Shown piece by piece: positions 47,001-61,500 of a stretch of 64,000 bases of DNA. Made by a program: the position numbers and the translations under genes. The DNA lies in assembly GCA_040954595.2 (NCBI GenBank), contig CM082596.2, forward strand, positions 10,374,461 to 10,438,460, in the 5' to 3' direction. Each line of letters begins with the position of its first letter. Position 1 is the first letter of the stretch. The notes beneath the pieces were generated by a model, which made no database searches, was not told the origin of the DNA, and saw only the letters and a program-made list of their open reading frames with translations. This DNA comes from Balanoglossus misakiensis (taxonomy: Eukaryota; Animalia; Hemichordata).

Positions 47001-50000
47001 GTCGAAAATTTTTCATTTTTTGATGATTTTCACCCATGATTTTTCTCAAAAATTGACGAAATTTTGAGATTTTGCAAAGTCGAAAATTTGTCATTTTTTG
47101 ATGATTTTCACCCATGTTTTTTTCAAAATTGAACGAACCCATGATTTTTTTCAAAAATCGACAAAATTTTGAGATTTTGCAAAGACGAAAATTTGTCATT
47201 TTTTGATGATTTTCACCCATGATTTTTTTCAAAAGTCGACGAAATTTTGAGATTTTGCAAAGTCGAAAATTTGTCATTTTTTGATGATTTTCACCCATGA
47301 TTTTTTTCAAAAATCTACGAAATTTTGAGATTTTGCAAAGTCGAAAATTTGTCATTTTTTGATGATTTTCACCCATGATTTTTTTCAAAAATCTGCGAAA
47401 TTTTGAGATTTTGCAAAGTCGAAAATTTGTCATTTATTAATGATTTTCACCCATGATTTTTTTCAAAAATCGACGAAATTTGAGATTTTGCAAATTCGAA
47501 AATTTGTAATTTTTTAATGATTTTCACCCTTTTTTTTCAAAAATCAACGAACCCATGATTTTTTTTAAAAATCGACAAAATTTTGAGATTTTGCAAAGCC
47601 GAAAATTTGTCATTTTTTGATGATTTTCACCCATGATTTTTTTTTCAAAAACCGACAAAATTTTGAGATTATGCAAAGTCGAAAATTTGTCATTTTTTGA
47701 TTATTTTCACCCATGATTTTTTTCAAAAATCGACAACATTTTGAGATTTTGCAAAGTCGAAAATTTGTCATTTTTTGATGATTTTCTACCATGATTTTTT
47801 TCAAAAATCGACGAAATTTAGATATTTTGCAAAGTCGAAAATTTGTCATTTTTTGATGATTTTCACCCATGATTTTTTTTTCAAAAACCGACAAAATTTT
47901 GAGATTTTGCAAAGTCGAAAATTTGTCATTTTTTGATTATTTTCACCCATGATTTTTTTCAAAAATCGACAAAATTTTTAGATTTTTTAAAGCCGAAAAT
48001 TTGTCATTTTTTGATGATTTTCACCCATGATTTTTCTCAAAAATCGACGAAATTTTGAGATTTTGCAAAGTCGAAAATTTTTCATTTTTTGATGATTTTC
48101 ACCCATGATTTTTTTCAAAAATCGACGAAATTTGAGATTTTGCAAAGTCGAAAATTTGTCATTTTTTGATGATTTTCACCCATGATTTTTTTCAAAAATC
48201 TACGAAATTTTGAGATTTTGCAAAGTCGAAAATTTTTCATTTTTTGATGATTTTCACCCATGATTTTTTTCAAAAATCGACAAAATTTTTAGATTTTGCA
48301 AAGTCGAAAATTTGTAATTTTTTGATGATTTTTACCCATGATTTTTTTTTTCAAAAATCTGCGAAATTTTGAGATTTTGCAAAGACGAAAATTTGTAATT
48401 TTTTGATGATTTTCACCCATGACTTTTTTCAAAAATTTACGAAATTTTGAGATTTTGCAAAGTCGAAAAGTTGTCATTTTTTGATGATTTTCACCCATGT
48501 TTTTTTTTCAAAAATCGACGAAATTTTGAGATTTTGCAAATTCGAAAATTTGTAATTTTTTGATGATTTTCACCCATGTTTTTTTTCAAAAATCAACGAA
48601 CCCATGATTTTTTTTCAAAAATCGACAAAATTTTGAGATTTTGCAAAGTCGAAAATTTGTCATTTTTTGATGATTTTCACCCATGATTTTTCTCAAAAAT
48701 CGACGAAATTTTGAGATTTTGCAAAGTCGAAAATTTTTCATTTTTTGATGATTTTCACCCATGATTTTTTTCAAAAATCTACGAAATTTTGAGATTTTGC
48801 AAAGTCGAAAATTTGTCTTTTTTGATGATTTTCACCCATGATTTTTTTCAAAAATCTGCGAAATTTTGAGATTTTGGAAAGTCGAAAATTTGTCATTTAT
48901 TAATGATTTTCACCCATGATTTTTTTCAAAAATCGACGAAATTTGAGATTTTGCAAATTCGAAAATTTGTAATTTTTTGATGATTTTCATCCTTTTTTTT
49001 CAAAAATCAACGAACCCATGATTTTTTTTCAAAAATCGACAAAATTTTGAGATTTTGCAAAGCCGAAAATTTGTCATTTTTTGATGATTTTCACCCATGA
49101 TTTTTCTCAAAAATCTACGAAATTTTGAGATTTTGCAAAGTCGAAAATTTGTCATTTTTTGATGATTTTCACCCATGATTTTTTTCAAAAATCTACGAAA
49201 TTTTGAGATTTTGCAAAGTCGAAAATTTGTCATTTTTTGATGATTTTCACCCATGATTTTTTTCAAAAATCTACGAAATTTTGAGATTTTGCAAAGTCGA
49301 AAATTTGTCATTTTTTGATGATTTTCACCCATGATTTTTTTCAAAAATCTGCGAAATTTTGAGATTTTGCAAAGTCGAAAATTTGTCATTTATTAATGAT
49401 TTTCACCCATGATTTTTTTTCAAAAATCGACAAAATTTTGAGATTTTGCAAAGTCGAAAATTTGTAATTTTTTGATGATTTTCACCCATGTTTTTTTTCA
49501 AAAATCAACGAACCCATGATTTTTTTCAAAAATCGACAACATTTTGAGATTTTGCAAAGTCGAAAATTTGTAATTTTTTGATGATTTTCACCCATGTTTT
49601 TTTTCAAAAATCAACGAACCCATGATTTTTTTTCAAAAATCGACGAAATTTAGAGATTTTGCAAAGTCGAAAATTTGTCATTTCTTAATGATTTTCACCC
49701 GTTTTTTTTTCAAAAATCGACAAAATTTTGAGATTTTGCAAAGACGAAAATTTGTCATTTTTTGATGATTTTCACCCATGATTTTTCTCAAAAATCGACG
49801 AAATTTTGAGATTTTGCAAAGTCGAAAATTTGTCATTTTTTGATGATTTTCACCCATGATTTTTTTCAAAAATCTACGAAATTTTGAGATTTTGCAAAGC
49901 CGAAAATTTGTCATTTTTTGATGATTTTCACCCATGATTTTTTTCAAAAATCTGCGAAATTTTGAGATTTTGCAAAGTCCAAAATTTGTCATATATTAAT

Positions 50001-53000
50001 GATTTTCACCCATGATTTTTTTCAAAAATCGACGAAATTTGAGATTTTGCAAATTCGAAAATTTGTAATTTTTGAATGATTTTCACCCTTTTTTTTTTAA
50101 AATCAACGAACCCATGATTTTTTTTCAAAAATCGACAAAATTTTGAGATTTTGCAAAGCCGAAAATTTGTCATTTTTTGATGATTTTCACCCATGATTTT
50201 TTTCAAAAATCGACGAAATTTTGAGATTTTGCAAAGTCGAAAATTTGTCATTTTTTGATGATTTTCACCCATGATTTTTTTCAAAAATCGACGAAATTTG
50301 AGATTTTGCAAAGTCAAACATTTGTCATTTTTTGATGATTTTCACCCATGATTTTTTTCAAAAATCGACGAAATTTTGAGATTTTGCAAAGTCGAAAATG
50401 TGTCATTTTTTGATGATTTTCACCCATGATTTTTTTCAAAAATCGACGAAATTTGAGATTTTGCAAAGTCGAAAATTTGTCATTTTTTGATGATTTTTGC
50501 CCATGATTTTTTTTTCAAAAATCGACCAAATTTTGAGATTTTGCAAAGCCGAAAATTTGTCATTTTTTGATGATTTTCACCCATGATTTTTCTCAAAAAT
50601 CGACGAAATTTTGAGATTTTGCAAAGTCGAAAATTTTTCATTTTTTGATGATTTTCACCCATGATTTTTCTCAAAAATTGACGAAATTTTGAGATTTTGC
50701 AAAGTCGAAAATTTGTCATTTTTTGATGATTTTCACCCATGTTTTTTTCAAAATTGAACGAACCCATGATTTTTTTCAAAAATCGACAAAATTTTGAGAT
50801 TTTGCAAAGACGAAAATTTGTCATTTTTTGATGATTTTCACCCATGATTTTTTTCAAAAGTCGACGAAATTTTGAGATTTTGCAAAGTCGAAAATTTGTC
50901 ATTTTTTGATGATTTTCACCCATGATTTTTTTCAAAAATCTACGAAATTTTGAGATTTTGCAAAGTCGAAAATTTGTCATTTTTTGATGATTTTCACCCA
51001 TGATTTTTTTCAAAAATCGACGAAATTTGAGATTTTGCAAATTCGAAAATTTGTAATTTTTTAATGATTTTCACCCTTTTTTTTCAAAAATCAACGAACC
51101 CATGATTTTTTTTAAAAATCGACAAAATTTTGAGATTTTGCAAAGCCGAAAATTTGTCATTTTTTGATGATTTTCACCCATGATTTTTTTCAAAAATCGA
51201 CGAAATTTTGAGATTTTGCAAAGTCGAAAATTTGTCATTTTTTGATGATTTTCACCCATGATTTTTTTTTCAAAAACCTACAAAATTTTGAGATTATGCA
51301 AAGTCGAAAATTTGTCATTTTTTGATTATTTTCACCCATGATTTTTTTCAAAAATCGACAAAATTTTTAGATTTTGCAAAGTCGAAAATTTGTCATTTTT
51401 TGATGATTTTCACCATGATTTTTTTTTCTAAAAATCGACGAAATTTTGAGATTTTGCAAAGTCGAAAATTTTTCATTTTTTGATGATTTTCAGCCATGAT
51501 TCTTTTCAAAAATCTACGAAATGTTGAGATTTTGCAAAGTCGAAAATTTGTCATTTTTTGATGATTTTTTGATGATTTTCATCCATGATTTTTTTTCAAA
51601 AATCTGCGAAATTTTGAGATTTTGCAAAGTCGAAAATTTGTCATTTTTTGATGATTTTCACCCATGATTTTTTTTCAAAAAATCGACGAAATTTTGAGAT
51701 TTTGCAAAGTCGAAAATTTGTCATTTTTTGATTATTTTCACCCATGATTTTTTTTTTCAAAAAATCGACACAATTTTGAGATTTTGCAAAGTCGAAAATT
51801 TGTAATTTTTTGATGATTTTCACCCATGTTTTTTTTCAAAATTGAACGAACCCATGATTTTTTTCAAAAATCGACGAAATTTTGAGATTTTGCAAAGTCG
51901 AAAATTTGTCATTTTTTGATGATTTTCACCCATGATTTTTTTCAAAAATCGACAAAATTTTTAGATTTTGCAAAGTCGAAAATTTTTCATTTTTTGATGA
52001 TTTTCAGCCATGATTCTTTTCAAAAATCTACGAAATGTTGAGATTTTGCAAAAATCGACAACATTTTGAGATTTTGCAAAGTCGAAAATTTGTCATTTTT
52101 TGATGATTTTCACCCATGATTTTTCTCAAAAATCGACGAAATTTTGAGATTTTGCAAAGTCGAAAATTTTTCATTTTTTGATGATTTTCAGCCATGATTC
52201 TTTTCAAAAATCTACGAAATGTTGAGATTTTGCAAAGTCGAAAATTTGTCATTTTTTGATGATTTTTTGATGATTTTCATCCATGATTTTTTTTCAAAAA
52301 TCTGCGAAATTTTGAGATTTTGCAAAGTCGAAAATTTGTCATTTTTTGATGATTTTCACCCATGATTTTTTTTCAAAAATCTGCGAAATTTTGAGATTTT
52401 GCAAAGTCGAAAATTTGTCATTTTTTGATGATTTTCACCCGTGATTTTTCTCAAAAATCGACGAAATTTTGAGATTTTGCAAAGTCGAAAATTTGTCATT
52501 TTTTGATGATTTTCACCCATGATTTTTTTCAAAAATCGACGAAATTTTGAGATTTTGCAAAGTCGAAAATTTGTCATTTATTAATGATTTTCACCCATGA
52601 TTTTTTTTCAAAAATCGACAAAATTTTGAGATTTTGCAAAGTCGAAAATTTATAATTTTTTGATGATTTTCACCCATGTTTTTTTTCAAAAATCTACGAA
52701 ATTTTGAGATTTTGCAAATTCGAAAATTTGTAATTTTTTGATGATTTTCACCCATGTTTTTTTTCAAAAATCAACGAACCCATGATTTTTTTTTAAAAAT
52801 CGACAAAATTTTGAGATTTTGCAAAGTCGAAAATGTGTCATTTTTTGATTATTTTCACCCATGATTTTTTTCAAAAATCGACAAAATTTTGAGATTTTGC
52901 AAAGACGAAAATTTGTCATTTTTTGATGATTTTCACCCATGATTTTTTTTCAAAAATGTACGAAATTTTGAGATTTTGCAAAGTCGAAAATTTGTCATTT

Positions 53001-55533
53001 TTTGATGATTTTCACCCATGATTTTTTTCAAAAATAGACGAAATTTTGAGATTTTGCAAAGTCGAAAATTTGTCATTTTTTGATGATTTTCACCCATGAT
53101 TTTTTTTCAAAAAATCGACGAAATTTTGAGATTTTGCAATGTCGAAAATTTGTCATTTTTTGATGATTTTCACCCATGATTTTTTTTTTCAAAAATCGAC
53201 AAAATTTTGAGATTTTGCAGTCAAAAATGTGTCATTTTTTGATGATTTTCACCCATGATTTTTTTCAAAAATCGACGAAATTTGAGATTTTGCAAAGACG
53301 AAAATGTGTCATTTTTTGATGATTTTCACCCATGATTTTTTTTCAAAAATCTACGAAATTTTGAGATTTTGCAAAGTCGAAAATTTGTCATTTTTTGATG
53401 ATTTTCACCAATGATTTTTCTCAAAAATCGACGAAATTTTGAGATTTTGCAAAGTCGAAAATTTGTCATTTTTTGATGATTTTCACCCATGATTTTTTTC
53501 AAAAATCGACGAAATTTGAGATTTTGCAAAGTCGAAAATTTGTCATTTTTTGATGATTTTCACCCATGATTTTTTTCAAAAATCTACGAAATTTTGAGAT
53601 TTTGCAAATTCGAAAATTTGTAATTTTTTGATGATTTTCACCCATGTTTTTTTTCAAAAATCAACGAACCCATGATTTTTTTTCAAAAATCGACAAAATT
53701 TTGAGATTTTGCAAAGTCGAAAATGTGTCATTTTTTGATTATTTTCACCCATGATTTTTTTCAAAAATCGACAAAATTTTGAGATTTTGCAAAGACGAAA
53801 ATTTGTCATTTTTTGATGATTTTCACCAATGATTTTTTTTCAAAAATGTACGAAATTTTGAGATTTTGCAAAGTCGAAAATTTGTCATTTTTTGATGATT
53901 TTCACCCGTGATTTTTCTCAAAAATCGACGAAATTTTGAGATTTTGCAAAGTCGAAAATTTGTCATTTTTTGATGATTTTCGCCCATGATTTTTTTCAAA
54001 AATCGACGAAATTTTGAGATTTTGCAAAGTCGAAAATTTGTCATTTTTTGATGATTTTCACCCATGATTTCTTTTTTCAAAAACCGACAAAATTTTGAGA
54101 TTTTGCAAAGTCGAAAATGTGTCATTTTTTGATTATTTTCACCCATTATTTTTTTCAAAAATCGACAAAATTTTGAGATTTTGCAAAGACGAAAATTTGT
54201 CATTTTTTGATGATTTTCACCCATGTTTTTTTTCAAAAATCAACGAACCCATGATTTTTTTTCAAAAACCGACAAAATTTTGAGATTTTGCAAAGTCGAA
54301 AATTTGTCATTTTTTGATGATTTTCACCCATGATTTTTTTCAAAAATCGACGAAATTTTGAGATTTTGCAAAGACGAAAATTTGTCATTTTTTGATGATT
54401 TTCACCCGTGATTTTTTTCAAAAATCGACAAAAGTTTGAGATTTTGCAAAGTCGAAAATTTGTAATTTTTTGATGATTTTCACCCGTTTTTTTTCAAAAA
54501 TCAACGAACCCATGATTTTTTTCAAAAATCGACGAAATTTTGAGATTTTGCAAAGTCGAAAATTTGTCATTTTTTGATGATTTTCACCCATGATTTCTTT
54601 TTTTCAAAAACCGACAAAATTTTGAGATTTTGCAAAGACGAAAATTTGTCATTTTTTGATGATTTTCACCCATGATTTTTCTCAAAAATCGACGAAATTT
54701 TGAGATTTTGCAAAGTCGAAAATTTGTCATTTTCTGATGATTTTCACCCGTGATTTTTTTCAAAAATCGACAAAAGTTTGAGATTTTGCAAAGTCGAAAA
54801 TTTGTAATTTTTTGATGATTTTCACCCGTTTTTTTTTTCAAAAATCAACGAACCCATGATTTTTTTCAAAAATCGACGAAATTTGAGATTTTGCAAAGTC
54901 GAAAATTTGTCGTTTTTTGATGATTTTCACCATGATTGTTTTTTTCAAAAATCGGCGAAATTTTGAGATTTTGCAAAGACGAAAATTTGTCATTTTTTGA
55001 TGAATTTCACCCATGATTTTTTTTTAAAAATGTACGAAATTTTGAGATTTTGCAAAGTCGAAAATTTGTAATTTTTTGATGATTTTCACCCATGATTTTT
55101 TTCAAAAATCGACGAAATTTTGAGATTTTGCACAGTCGAAAATTTGTCATTTTTTGATGATTTTTACACATGATTTTTTTTTTCAAAAATCGACGAAATT
55201 TTGAGATTTTGCAAAGTCGAAAATTTGTCATTTTTTGATGATTTTTACCATGATTGTTTTTTTTTTTTCAAAAATCGGCGAAATTTTGAGATTTTGCAAA
55301 GACGAAAATTTTTCATTTTTTGATGAATTTCACCCATGATTTTTTTTCAAAAATTGGCGAAATTTTGAGATTTTGCAAAGACGAAAATTTGTCATTTTTT
55401 GATGAATTTCACCCATGATTTTTTTTCAAAAATGTACGAAATTTTGAGATTTTGCAAAGTCGAAAATTTGTCATTTTTTGATGATTTTCACCCATGATTT
55501 TTTTCAAAAATCGCCGAAATTTTGAGATTTTGC
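23018..55533 (-). repeat. Long satellite A array (~78-bp monomer, roughly 400 copies, local higher-order duplications)
   Basis: Continuous tandem monomers with a 26-aa period in the ORF track; interspersed ~27-bp short units (…TTCAAAAATCAACGAACCCATG). Confidence 0.98.
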
Positions 55534-58500
55534 AAAAGTTGAAAATTTCTGCATTTTTTGAAAAAATCATGGGTTACGGCTCACGAAAATCGTCTAAAAA
55601 GGAAAATTTTTCGACTTTGCGAAAGTTCAAAATTTCTGCATTTTTTGAAAAAAATCAGGGTTACGGCTCACGAAAATCGTCCAAAAGTGACAATTTTTCT
55701 TCTTTGCGAAAGTTCAAAATTTCAGCATTTTTTTGAAAAAAATCATGGGTCACGGCTCACGAAAATCGTCCAAAAATGAAAATTTTTCGACTTTGCAAAA
55801 GTTCAAAATTTCTGCATTTTTTGAAAAAAATACCTCGGTCACGGCTCACGAAAATCGTCCAAAAATGACAATTCTTCGACTTTGCGAAAGTTCTAAATTT
55901 CTACATTTTTTGAAAAAAGTCATGGGTTACGGCTCACGAAAATCGTCCAAAAATGACTATTTTTCGACTTTGAGAAAGTTCTAAATTTCTACATTTATTG
56001 AAAAAAATCATGGGTTACGGCTCACGAAAATCGTCCAAAAATGACAATTCTTCGACTTTGCGAAAGTTCTAAATTTCTACATTTTTTGAAAAAAGTCATG
56101 GGTTGCGGCTCACGAAAATCGTCCAAAAATGACTATTTTTCGACTTTGAGAAAGTTCTAAATTTCTACATTTATTGAAAAAAATCATGGGTTACGGCTCA
56201 CGAAAATCGTCCAAAAATGACAATTTTTCTACTTTGCGAAAGTTCAAAATTTCTGCATTTTTTAAAAAAAATCATTGGTTACGGCTCACGAAAATCGTCC
56301 AAAAATGACAATTTTTCTACTTTGCGAAAGTTCAAAATTTCTTCATTTTAAAAAAAAAATCATGGGTTACGGCTGACGAAAATCGTCTAAAAAGGAAATT
56401 TTTTCGACTTTGCGAAAGTTCAAAATTTCTGCATTAAAAAAAAAAAGCATCGGTTACGGGTCACGAAAATCGTCCAAAAATGACAATTTTTCGACTTTGC
56501 GAAAGTTCAAAATTTCTGCATTTTTTGAGAAAAAAGCATGGGTTACGGCTCATCAAAATCGTCCAAAAAAGACAGTTTTTGGACTTTGTGAAAGTTTAAA
56601 ATTTCTTCATTTTTTGAAAAAAATCATGGATTACCGCTCACGAAAATCGTCCAAAATTGACTATTTTTCGACTTTGCAAAAGTTCAAAATTTCTGCATTT
56701 TTTGAAAAAAATTCATGGGTCACGGCTCACGAAAATCGTCCAAAAATGACAATTTTTCGACTTTGCGAAAGTTCAAAATTTCTGCAATTTTTGAAAAAAT
56801 ATCATTGGTTACGGCTCACGAAAATCGTCCAAAATGACAATTGTTCGACTATGCGAAAGTTCAAAATTTCTGCATTTTTTGAAAAAAATCATGGGTTACG
56901 GCTCACGAAAATCGTCCTAAAATGACAATTTTTCGACTTTGCGAAAGATCAAAATTTCTGCATTTTTTGAAAAAAAATCATTGGTTACGTTTCACGAAAA
57001 TCGTCCAAAAATGACAATTTTTCTACTTTGCGAAAGTTCAAAATTTCTTCATTTTTTGAAACAAATCATGGGTTACGGCTCATGAAAATCGTCCAAAAAT
57101 GCCAATTTTTCGACTTTGCGAAAGATCAAAATTTCTGCATTTTTTGAAAAAAAATCATGGGTTACGGTTCACGAAAATCGTCCAAAAATGACAATTTTTC
57201 TACTTTGCGAAAGTTCAAAATTTCTTCATTTTTTGAAACAAATCATGGGTTACGGCTCATGAAAATCGTCCAAAAATGCCAATTTTTCGACTTTGCGAAA
57301 GATCAAAATTTCTGCATTTTTTGAAAAAAATCATGGGTTACGGCTCACGAAAATCGTCCAAAAATGACAATTTTTCGACTTTGCAAAAGTTCAAAATTTC
57401 TGCATTTTTAGAAAAAAATCATGGGTCACGGCTCACGAAAATCGTCAAAAAATGACAATTTTTCAACTTTTCGAAAGTTTAAAATTTTTGCATTTTTGAA
57501 AAAAAAGTATGGGTTACGGCTCATGAAAATCGTCCAAAAAACAATTTTTGGACTTTGCGAAAGTTCAAAATTTCTTCATTTTTTGAAAAAATCATTGGTT
57601 ACGGCTCACCAAAATCGTCCAACAATGACAGTTTTTCGACTTTGCGAAAGTTCAAAATTTCTGCATTTTTTGAAAAAAATCATGGTTAGCGTTCACGAAA
57701 ATCGTCCAAAAATGAAAATTTACGACTTTATGAAAGTTCAAAATTTCAGCATTTTTTGAAAAAATCATGGGTTACGGATCACGAAAATCGTCCAAAAATG
57801 ACAATTTTTTGACTTTGCGAAAGTTCAAAATTTCTTCATTTTTTGAAAAAATCATGGGTTACGGCTCACGAAAATCACCCAAAAATGACAATTTTTCGAC
57901 TTTGCGAAAGTTCAAAATTTCTTCATTTTTTAAAAAAAATAATGGGTTACGGCTCACGAAAATCGTCCAAAATGACAATTTTTCGATTTTGCGAAAGTTC
58001 AAAATTTCAGCATTTTTTGAAAAAATCATGGGTTACGGCTCACGAAAATCGTCAAAAAATGACAATTTTTCGATTTGCGAAAGTTCAAAATCTCCTTTTT
58101 TTGAAAAAAATCATGGGTCACGGCTCACGAAAATCGTCCAAAAATGACAATTTTTCGACTTTGCGAAAGTTCAAAATTTCTGCATTTTTTGAAAAAATCA
58201 TGGGTTACGGATCACGAAAATCGTCCAAAAATGAAAATTTTTGGACTTTATGAAAGTTCAAAATTTCAGCATTTTTTGAAAAAATCATGGGTTACGGCTC
58301 ACGAAAATCGTCCAAAAATGACAATTTTTCGATTTTGCGAAAGTTCAAAATTTCTGCATTTTTTGAAAAAAATCATGGGTCACGGCTCACGAAAATCGTC
58401 CAAAAATGACAATTTTTCGACTTTGCGAAAGTTCAAAATTTCTGCATTTTTTGAAAAAAATCATAGGTCACGGCTCACGAAAATCGTCTAAAAATGACAA

Positions 58501-61500
58501 TTTTTCGACTTTGCGAAATTCAAAATTTCTGCATTTTTTGAAAAAAAAATCATGGGTTACGGCTCACGAAAATCGTCTAAAAATGACTATTTTTCGACTT
58601 TGCGAAATTCAAAATTTCTGCATTTTTTGAAAAAAATCTTGGGTCACGGCTCACGAAAATCGTCCAAAAATCACTATTTTTCGACTTTGCGAAAGTTGAA
58701 AATTTCTGCATTTTTTGAAAAAAATCATGGATCACGGCTCACGAAAATCGTCCAAAAATGACAATTTTTCGACTTTGCGAAAGTTCAAAATTTCTGCATT
58801 TTTTGAAAAAAATCATAGGTCACGGCTCACGAAAATCGTCTAAAAATGACAATTTTTCGACTTTGCGAAATTCAAAATTTCTGCATTTTTTGAAAAAAAA
58901 ATCATGGGTTACGGCTCACGAAAATCGTCTAAAAATGACTATTTTTCGACTTTGCGAAAGTTGAAAATTTCTGCATTTTTTGAAAAAAATCATGGATCAC
59001 GGCTCACGAAAATCGTCCAAAAATGACAATTTTTCGACTTTGCGAAAGTTCAAAATTTCTGCATTTTTTGAAAAAAATCATAGGTCACGGCTCACGAAAA
59101 TCGTCTAAAAATGACAATTTTTCGACTTTGCGAAATTCAAAATTTCTGCATTTTTTGAAAAAAAAATCATGGGTTACGGCTCACGAAAATCGTCTAAAAA
59201 TGACTATTTTTCGACTTTGCGAAATTCAAAATTTCTGCATTTTTTTGAAAAAAATCATGGGTCGATTTCACGTCGATTTCATTTTTTGAAAAAAAAATCA
59301 TGGGTCACGGCTCACGAAAATCGTCTAAAAATGACAATTTTTTCGACTTTGCGAAATTCAAAATTTCTGCATTTTTTGAAAAAAAAATATGGGTTACGGC
59401 TCACGAAAATCGTCTAAAAATGACAATTTTTCGACTTTGCGAAATTCAAAATTTCTGCATTTTTTGAAAAAAATCTTGGGTCACGGCTCACGAAAATCGT
59501 CCAAAAATGACAAAGTTCAAAATTTCTTCATTTTTTGAAAAAAAATCATGGGTTATGGCTCACGAAAATCGTCAAAAAATGACAATTTTTCAACTTTTCG
59601 AAAGTTTAAAATTTTATGCATTTTTTGAAAAAACATCATGGGTCACGGCTCACGAAAATCGTCCAAAAATGACAATTTTTCTACTTTGCGAAAGTTCAAA
59701 ATTTCCTTTTTTTTGAAAAAAATCATGGGTCACGGATCACTAAAATCGCCCAAAAATGACAATTTTTCGACTTTGCGAAAGTTCAAAATTTCTGCATTTT
59801 TAGAAAAAAAATCATGGGTTACGGCTCACGAAAATTGTCAAAAAATGACAATTTTTCGATTTGCGAAAGTTCAAAATTTCCTTTTTTTGAAAAAAATCAT
59901 GGATCACGGCTCACGAAAATCGTCCAAAAATTACAATTTTTCGACTTTACGAAATTCAAAATTTCTGCATTTTTTTGAAAAAAATCATGGGTCACGGCTC
60001 ACGAAAATCGTCCAAAAATGACAATTTTTCTACTTTGCGAAATTCAAAATTTCTGCATTTTTTGAAAAAAAAATTATGGGTTACGCCTCACGAAAATCGT
60101 CTAAAAATGACAATTTTTCGACGTTGCGAAAGTTCAAAATTTCTGCATTTTTGAATAAAATCATGGGTTACGGCTCACGAAAATCGTCCAAAAATGACAA
60201 TTTTTCAACTTTTCGAAAGTTCAAAATTTTATGCATTTTTTGAAAAAAAATCATGGGTCACGGCTCACGAAAATCGTCCAAAAATGACAAATTTTCGACT
60301 TTGCGAAAGTTCAAAATTTCCCTTTTTTGAAAAAAATCATGGGTCACGGCTTACGAAAATCGTCCAAAAATGACTATTTTTCGACTTTGCGAAAGTTCAA
60401 AATTTCTTCATTTTTTGAAAAAAAATCATGGGTTACGGCTCACGAAAATTGTCAAAAAATGACAATTTTTCGATTTGCGAAAGTTCAAAATTTCCTTTTT
60501 TTGAAAAAAATCATGGATCACGGCTCACGAAAATCGTCCAAAAATGACAATTTTTCGACTTTACGAAATTCAAAATTTCTTCATTTTTTGAAAAAATCAT
60601 GGGTTACGGCTCACGAAAATCGTCCAAAAATGACAATTTTTCGACTTTGCGAAAGTTCAAAATTTCTCCATTTTTGAATAAAATCATGGGTCACGGCTCA
60701 CGAAAATCGTCCAAAAATCACTATTTTTCGACTTTGCGAAAGTTGAAAATTTCTGCATTTTTTGAAAAAAATCATGGATCACGGCTCACGAAAATCGTCC
60801 AAAAATGACAATTTTTCGACTTTACGAAATTCAAAATTTCTTCATTTTTTGAAAAAATCATGGGTTACGGCTCACGAAAATCGTCCAAAAATGACAATTT
60901 TTCGACTTTGCGAAAGTTCAAAATTTCTCCATTTTTGAATAAAATCATGTGTCACGGCTCACGAAAATCGTCCAAAAATCACTATTTTTCGACTTTGCGA
61001 AAGTTGAAAATTTCTGCATTTTTTGAAAAAAAATCATGGATCACGGCTCACGAAAATCGTCCAAAAATGACAATTTTTCGACTTTGCGAAAGTTCAAAAT
61101 TTCTTCATTTTTGAATAAAATCATGGGTCACGGCTCACGAAAATCGTCCAAAAATCACTATTTTTCGACTTTGCGAAAGTTGAAAATTTCTGCATTTTTT
61201 GAAAAAAATCATGGATCACGGCTCACGAAAATCGTCCAAAAATGACAATTTTTCGACTTTGCGAAAGTTCAAAATTTCTGCATTTTTTGAAAAAAATCAT
61301 AGGTCACGGCTCACGAAAATCGTCTAAAAATGACAATTTTTCGACTTTGCGAAATTCAAAATTTCTGCATTTTTTGAAAAAAAAATCATGGGTTACGGCT
61401 CACGAAAATCGTTTTAAAATGACTATTTTTCGACTTTGCGAAATTCAAAATTTCTGCATTTTTTTTGAAAAAAATCATGGGTCGATTTCACGTCGATTTC

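Noticed and set aside
22996-55231. Dozens of ORFs with MGENHQKMTNFRLCKISKFRRFLKKI repeats
   Set aside because: Artefact of a 78-bp (26-codon) monomer with a stop-free frame; frames break at random homopolymer indels.
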